Below are positions 59,031 to 64,000 of a stretch of 64,000 bases of DNA, in pieces. The notes under the pieces were generated by a model, which saw only the letters and a list, made by a program, of their open reading frames with translations, made no database searches and was not told the origin of the DNA. Location: assembly GCA_016193335.1 (NCBI GenBank), contig JACPSK010000001.1:22716-86715 (forward strand), written 5' to 3'. The stretch comes from Candidatus Magasanikiibacteriota bacterium. Lineage in GTDB: Bacteria > Patescibacteriota > Patescibacteriia > Magasanikbacterales > UBA922. Numbering within the stretch: the stretch's first letter is position 1; every line of letters starts with the position of its first letter. The position numbers and the translations under genes were made by a program.

Positions 59031-60569
59031 TCAAGGCAAAAGATTAAATTTTTCTAATCTACGTACTATACCAAGCGCGGTGTCTACTTCCACCATATCA
59101 CCATCTTTCAATATTTTTGTCGCGCATCTTGTACCTACAATGCAAGGCAGACCCAGCTCTCTCGACACAATGGCCGCGTGCGAGAGCAAACCGCCTTCAT
59201 CCGTTACAATGGCCCCGGCACGTTCCATGGCTGGCACAAGAAGCGGATTTGTTGCCGAAGCCACCAAAATATCGCCCCGCTCCAATCGTTCCGCGTTTTT
59301 ATTCGTAAGCACAATACAAACTCTGCCCTCACAAGGCAAGGCGCTTTTCGAGGCGACCTGACCCTTCAATTCTTTCACCATATCATACTCTTCGTAACGC
59401 AGCTCATCTTTCTTATATTCAATCAGATCAGCCCCCACATATACCATAATCGTCTTGTCATCGAGCACAATGCTCGGGTCCTTTGCTCGAGCCTCGAGAT
59501 CCTCTGAATTGACTTCCAAAACGCCAGCCTTAAGAGATCGCAATAATTCCTCACCCCGAAGATTCACCAGCTTAATATAGGAAATATCAAAGTCATTCGC
59601 AAGGCGTTGAAATAAAGTACTAAACGTATGCACCGCGTAAGCGTAAGAAGCCTCAGCATTATTGGAAGCCGCCGCCCAAGCGGCCGCTGAATTAATATGC
59701 TTTAAAGTTACGTCTGATAAACCGAGGATATCTCGAAGCAGAAATCCTTTTTTGCTCATGCGTTTCGCTTCCTCGATTTTTTTTCGCTCTTTATCCAAAC
59801 CTTTTTTTATTAAATCCCGCACGCGATTTGTTAAGACTTCTCTATCGTATCCACTGCCATGCAAGAGATACCTGCCCAAATGAGCAAACATAGCGAGATG
59901 AGCATCCACTCTTCGATTGAATTCTTCATTCATACCATGGGATTCGGCATATTCAGCCAACTCACACAAGGCAATTCGTTCCAGTTGGTATTCCGAGCTC
60001 TCGGGAAGTTGTAATAAGTCGTTAAAATATTCATTTTGTTTCAGGACATCGCCTTCAGATTCTGCAATGGCTTTTAAAATAATATCAGAGAGAATGCGGT
60101 TGACCATCACATAGTGATAGGCATATGCCCACTGCGACCTCGTAGTCAACAAAAATCCTTCCATAGCCGTATAAATACTTGTTGAATCAGCCCGACTAAA
60201 ATCCGTATCTTTGTATGTGTCCGCATGTGAACGCACTCGCCGCATGCGCGCATTATAATCATGAGCATAATCCACCAGTATGCCCGGGCTGGATAATTCT
60301 AGATTCCGTAGATATTCAATGTAATCATCGTATGTCCTTTTCGAAAACCAACGCGCGCCGTCCAGCTGCCGATACTCACAGGGTTCATATTCTGTTTGTT
60401 TTTCGTATAATCCAAGCAAGCCATGGCGATAGGCTTCCATGACCGTATCAATCAAAAGCACTGGATGCGGATCGCCGCGACGCGCGACTTCAACCCAAAA
60501 CGTCATATAAACCTGTTTATATTTTACGAATAATTCCTCTTTTCGCGTCCACTTCCACGGTATCGCCAT
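59031..60569 (-). CDS. PEP-utilizer phosphohistidine domain protein, paralog 4 (start trimmed to MAIPWKW to avoid 92-nt overlap with paralog 5)
   Basis: C-terminus GGLLSHAAIVSRELGLPCIVGTRCATKILKDGDMVEVDTALGIVRRL. Confidence 0.65.
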   Translation of the reverse strand: MAIPWKWTRKEELFVKYKQVYMTFWVEVARRGDPHPVLLIDTVMEAYRHGLLGLYEKQTEYEPCEYRQLDGARWFSKRTYDDYIEYLRNLELSSPGILVDYAHDYNARMRRVRSHADTYKDTDFSRADSTSIYTAMEGFLLTTRSQWAYAYHYVMVNRILSDIILKAIAESEGDVLKQNEYFNDLLQLPESSEYQLERIALCELAEYAESHGMNEEFNRRVDAHLAMFAHLGRYLLHGSGYDREVLTNRVRDLIKKGLDKERKKIEEAKRMSKKGFLLRDILGLSDVTLKHINSAAAWAAASNNAEASYAYAVHTFSTLFQRLANDFDISYIKLVNLRGEELLRSLKAGVLEVNSEDLEARAKDPSIVLDDKTIMVYVGADLIEYKKDELRYEEYDMVKELKGQVASKSALPCEGRVCIVLTNKNAERLERGDILVASATNPLLVPAMERAGAIVTDEGGLLSHAAIVSRELGLPCIVGTRCATKILKDGDMVEVDTALGIVRRLEKFNLLP

Positions 60570-62037
60570 CTTTGAGGACTTGAGCCACTTGTTTCGCGCC
60601 GATAACACAGGGTATCCCCAATTCTCTGCTCACGATGGCCGCGTGCGAGGTAACCCCGCCCTGTTCGGTTACAATCGCGCCGGCACGTTTCATGGCAGGC
60701 AACAAATCTGGATCAGTGGAAATGGATACCAAAATGTCGCCATCTCGCAATTTTTTCATGTCACCCGCCCGAAATATCAACGCCACTTTACCCTTCGCGT
60801 ATCCCGGAGACGCCACCTGTCCTCTAAATTCGCTGAGTGAGATATCGACCTTCTCGAACGTTTGCTTCATAATTTCTTCAGCCTCTTTCCCGGACAAAAT
60901 AATTTCCTTGCCTTGCTCCGCGTAATACGCGCAGCGCTCGGTTCGTTTTTGAAGTTCCTCAGCATTACATTCATGACGCAATAACATAGCTTCCACTTCA
61001 TTCGGAACCGCGAAGCGAAGTTGCTTTACCGAAAGCTCCATCCGCAATGCAATTTCTTTAAGCACTCGATCCATCTGATAAAGCGCATATAGTTGGGCAT
61101 AACGCCGATATATTTTTGTTACCATAAAATCGCCGAACACAGAGCACAATCTCCTGAGGTCAAGATTGGCGTGTATACGTTCAAAAAGCGCCTCTCGATT
61201 TTGAGCGGCTTCTTTCAAACGTTCTTCATTATTTTTTCGTATCTGCGAGGCTGATATGCCTTTCGAAAAAATATCTTTCAGCTCTCGCACAAGCATTTCA
61301 AGTGTATTTTCACCTGCCACGAAAATATATTTTGTGTAGTGATATTTTTCACGATGCTGTTCCAGCATGGCCCGCACGGAATCATTCAATGAAACAAAAA
61401 TCTTGGCCAGATTTTTTTCCAAAAACAATTTTTTCTGAGCAAGATCTTTTTCTATTTCAACCGCTATTTGCAAAAGTTCGTCCTGTTCTGTATATATCAA
61501 AGATCTTTTTGTCGGCTGAGTAAGCGTAACAAAATATTCCGGTATCATTTCGTCTGCTCCCATAACGGAAGAACGGAGCATCTCTAATACACGATTCGTA
61601 AAATTATTGTGAAACATGTCCGACGCGGGAGGAATCCAACACCATGTATAATATTCCTGGTGCGCGTCAAAATGACCCTTGTATATCCGCCATAATTGTT
61701 CGTTCGACAATTCTTTCAGCCCATCTTTTGACGGAATTTTTTCGCAATATGAACGCAAGCTATCGGCCTCTCGGATTATTTCTCTATTTATGGTATGGCC
61801 ATAATCCGGTTCCTTTATGATTCTATTCACCAGATGTTCACCCATTTCATATGAATCGCGATCGTCGAAATAAAACCACAGTTCATAGCCCCGAAAACCC
61901 GCGAGTACTTTGCCGTATGCCCGTCCTGTGTGCCTGCCGAATAAATGTACAAAAGAATTGAGCCATATATAAGAAAAAAACAGATCAATATCTTTGATAT
62001 GCTCACCAAGAATCCATGGCCTGTCTTCTCCGATCAT
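60517..62037 (-). CDS. PEP-utilizer phosphohistidine domain protein, paralog 5
   Basis: C-terminus GGVTSHAAIVSRELGIPCVIGAKQVAQVLKDGDTVEVDAKRGIIRKI. Confidence 0.7.
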   Translation of the reverse strand: MIGEDRPWILGEHIKDIDLFFSYIWLNSFVHLFGRHTGRAYGKVLAGFRGYELWFYFDDRDSYEMGEHLVNRIIKEPDYGHTINREIIREADSLRSYCEKIPSKDGLKELSNEQLWRIYKGHFDAHQEYYTWCWIPPASDMFHNNFTNRVLEMLRSSVMGADEMIPEYFVTLTQPTKRSLIYTEQDELLQIAVEIEKDLAQKKLFLEKNLAKIFVSLNDSVRAMLEQHREKYHYTKYIFVAGENTLEMLVRELKDIFSKGISASQIRKNNEERLKEAAQNREALFERIHANLDLRRLCSVFGDFMVTKIYRRYAQLYALYQMDRVLKEIALRMELSVKQLRFAVPNEVEAMLLRHECNAEELQKRTERCAYYAEQGKEIILSGKEAEEIMKQTFEKVDISLSEFRGQVASPGYAKGKVALIFRAGDMKKLRDGDILVSISTDPDLLPAMKRAGAIVTEQGGVTSHAAIVSRELGIPCVIGAKQVAQVLKDGDTVEVDAKRGIIRKI

Positions 62038-62086
62038 ATCTGTCTTTGTGCTTGAGAATCCTTCAGCATGATTCTAAGGCAGGTAA

Positions 62087-62500
62087 TTAAGGAACTCTCT
62101 TGGTGTAAGTCGCGTCAAACTCAAAACCGGCGAAAGAAGTCAAAACCAAAATTTCAAGAAGAGAGAGATAAAATTTCGGGTCCGCGTAAAATTGTAAAAA
62201 TAAATCTTTGAAGTTGCTTCCGAGGTAGGCTGAAATGGATCCAATCACCAAGAGATCAAGAAAAAAACCGACTATGAGGGTGAGAATGCCCAACATGAAT
62301 CCTTTTTTCAAGGAAGGGGCGTCAACCCTAAAATACCATTTGGAAAGCAACAAGGTCAAAGGAATGGCAAGTACCCAAAACACGGCGTATTCTCTGAACC
62401 CAAACACAGGAATTCCTGATACGATTTGTATTAATGCAAGTACTATAAATGAAAAAACGTAGAAGAAAACACCAAAACACAAAGCTCTTTTATAGTTCAT
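62087..62500 (-). CDS. Hypothetical 4-TM membrane protein
   Basis: Hydrophobic helices only. Confidence 0.35.
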   Translation of the reverse strand: MNYKRALCFGVFFYVFSFIVLALIQIVSGIPVFGFREYAVFWVLAIPLTLLLSKWYFRVDAPSLKKGFMLGILTLIVGFFLDLLVIGSISAYLGSNFKDLFLQFYADPKFYLSLLEILVLTSFAGFEFDATYTKRVP

Positions 62501-62518
62501 ACACCAAAAAAATTAAAA

Positions 62519-64000
62519 CTAATCAAAACTAATAATCTGATCAGCCTGGATCTTTTGTCCGGCTAGAGAAGGAGGCTTGGAGTCGGAATTCTCAGCAAAA
62601 GAACTCTTTGTCCGGGGAAGAACAACTTTCGCTGGTTCTATATTTTGTTTTTCTTGAAGACTACTCTGATTTTGATTTTCTCCGCCATAATCCTGAGTTT
62701 TGTTTGGAGAAAATCCTTGAGCCATAGCCCCGCTGGCCTGCGTGCCCGCCCCTGGTCCTTGCTTCCGTTTTCGGTTCCGTTTTCGCTTCCTCTTTTTCTT
62801 GTCCTGATTTTGAGGCTGAGGATCCTCAACCTTCTGTTGTGGAAAGCCGCTTTCTTCCCTGAGCGAAGGCGATGCTTCATTCTTGACTGCGGGCGGAAGC
62901 CTTGGCTCTTGTTGTAAACCTAAAAGCTGATCAGATCGTCCAAAATTAGATTCGGGTTCAGACCTCTTGTTCTCAACGCGAGAAGACCGAATCTCGGGTT
63001 TGTCAGGCTGTCTGAACTCGGGTTTCTGAACGCCTGCCGCCTGCATGAGTGCTTCTCTGTCTTCTTTGGGTAAAAGATCTCTCAATGAGACGGCCTTGTT
63101 TTGTTTTTGATCCGGTCGTTCCGGTTTTGGAATGACAAGAGGTTTAGCCTGTTTCGGGCGCTCGTCTAATTCATCGTCTTCAGTGTCAATTTCATCTTCA
63201 TCGCCATCTTCGTCTTCTTGCAATTCTCCAAGACCGCTCCAACGTAAAATCTTTTGCTCTATAACATCTCGCTGTTTGGCGTAGCGTTCGCGGGACACGC
63301 GTATGACTTTTTCCGCCGAACCGGTGGGTTTGCCAATGGGCGGCATGGTTTTGGCGCTAAAAGGCTGAGAAGCCACCCCATCTATCATGAGTTTGAGAAT
63401 AACGTCATATTTGGCAAGATTAACTACGTCTTCTTCAGTAAAAGTGGGAGTGAACTCTTTGGTTAGTGTCTCTGAATCAGCGCCGCCCACTCTAAAGGTC
63501 ACAATGGTGCCCACATTCCCGAACACCGCGTCAGCCACTATTTCATCAAGCTGCATAATATATTGATGGGCCATGATCAGGCTCAGTCTATATTTTCTCG
63601 CCTCAGATAAAATATTGGCAAAACTGGGAGTGGCGAAATTTTGAAATTCATCGACATAGAGAAAGAAATCCACGCGATCCTCTTCCGGTGTGTCCACCCG
63701 TTCCATGGCCGCAAGCTGGATTTTGGTGATAAGCATGCCTCCCAAAAGCCTGCTATTGTCTTCTCCAATCCGTCCTTTGGACAGATTCATGATCAAAATT
63801 TTTCCAGAATCCATGATCTCGCGTATGTTGATGGTGGATTTCACCTGAGCCACCATATTGCGGATAACCGAAGCGGACAAAAATTGCCCTATTTTATTTT
63901 GAATCGGAGCAACGGCTTCTTGCTGATAACGATCGTTGTAATTGGCGAATTCATTTTGCCAAAATGATTTTATAACCGGATCATGGAGTTTTTTGACCAC
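62519..64000 (-). CDS. TraG/TraD/VirD4-like (or HerA/DUF87-like) AAA ATPase C-terminal region with long acidic then KR-rich low-complexity tail; N-terminus beyond window
   Basis: FLYVDEFQNFATPSFANILSEARKYRLSLIMAHQYIMQL (Walker B DE ... RKY ... Q sensor) typical of T4 coupling proteins. Tail EDEDGDEDEIDTEDDELDE...KKKRKRKRNRKRK. Confidence 0.45.
   Translation of the reverse strand: MVKKLHDPVIKSFWQNEFANYNDRYQQEAVAPIQNKIGQFLSASVIRNMVAQVKSTINIREIMDSGKILIMNLSKGRIGEDNSRLLGGMLITKIQLAAMERVDTPEEDRVDFFLYVDEFQNFATPSFANILSEARKYRLSLIMAHQYIMQLDEIVADAVFGNVGTIVTFRVGGADSETLTKEFTPTFTEEDVVNLAKYDVILKLMIDGVASQPFSAKTMPPIGKPTGSAEKVIRVSRERYAKQRDVIEQKILRWSGLGELQEDEDGDEDEIDTEDDELDERPKQAKPLVIPKPERPDQKQNKAVSLRDLLPKEDREALMQAAGVQKPEFRQPDKPEIRSSRVENKRSEPESNFGRSDQLLGLQQEPRLPPAVKNEASPSLREESGFPQQKVEDPQPQNQDKKKRKRKRNRKRKQGPGAGTQASGAMAQGFSPNKTQDYGGENQNQSSLQEKQNIEPAKVVLPRTKSSFAENSDSKPPSLAGQKIQADQIISFD

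Noticed and set aside
59031-60608. 92-nt overlap between PEP-utilizer paralogs 4 and 5 as a possible frameshift or fusion
   Set aside because: Paralog 5 ends with the complete conserved C-terminus (...GIIRKI stop) and paralog 4 has an in-frame internal Met (MAIPWKW) just downstream of that stop. A simple start-codon choice explains the overlap.

Overview
AT-rich (about 40% GC by eye) bacterial window with hallmarks of a streamlined, CPR/Patescibacteria-like genome: ribosomal-protein/rpoA/infA block, AlaRS lacking its C-terminal domain, RpoA lacking the alpha-CTD, a tRNA interrupted by a group I intron, many small hypotheticals. Coding content is mostly on the minus strand. Recognisable genes: secD (partial, with embedded parvulin domains), sensor kinase, polyprenyl synthase, mraY, Mpl-type Mur ligase, ATE/Bpt-like transferase, Elp3-like radical SAM/GNAT, Nudix, glyA, tsaE, PLD/cardiolipin synthase, OmpR-type regulator, ZupT, typA, giant secreted S8 protease with FG-GAP repeats, CorC/HlyC, greA, GIY-YIG, ftsEX, parvulin PPIase, GT4, flippase, rpsI-rplM-rplQ-rpoA-rpsD-rpsK-rpsM-rpmJ-infA, alaS, mnmA, HD, SPFH. 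Four tRNA genes: Gln-UUG, Thr-CGU, Gly-CCC and one with a ~390-nt group I intron. The most unusual content is a ~14-kb minus-strand cluster (47.7-62.0 kb) holding one stand-alone PPDK_N/ATP-grasp nucleotide-binding protein, five paralogous ~500-aa proteins that each end in a PEP-utilizer phosphohistidine swivel domain, an ATP-grasp protein, a histidine-phosphatase (RHG) protein, a HAD-like hydrolase and two paralogous small coiled-coil proteins. This looks like a split, multi-paralog rifampin-phosphotransferase/PEP-synthase-like phosphotransfer system. Three single-gene islands of very high GC (about 60-68%, GC3-rich codon usage) are embedded in the AT-rich backbone (2.2-2.7 kb CDA-fold deaminase; 5.9-7.0 kb; 57.6-58.4 kb). 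A repeated long hairpin element occurs in two intergenic regions. No CRISPR array, rRNA or obvious transposase was seen.
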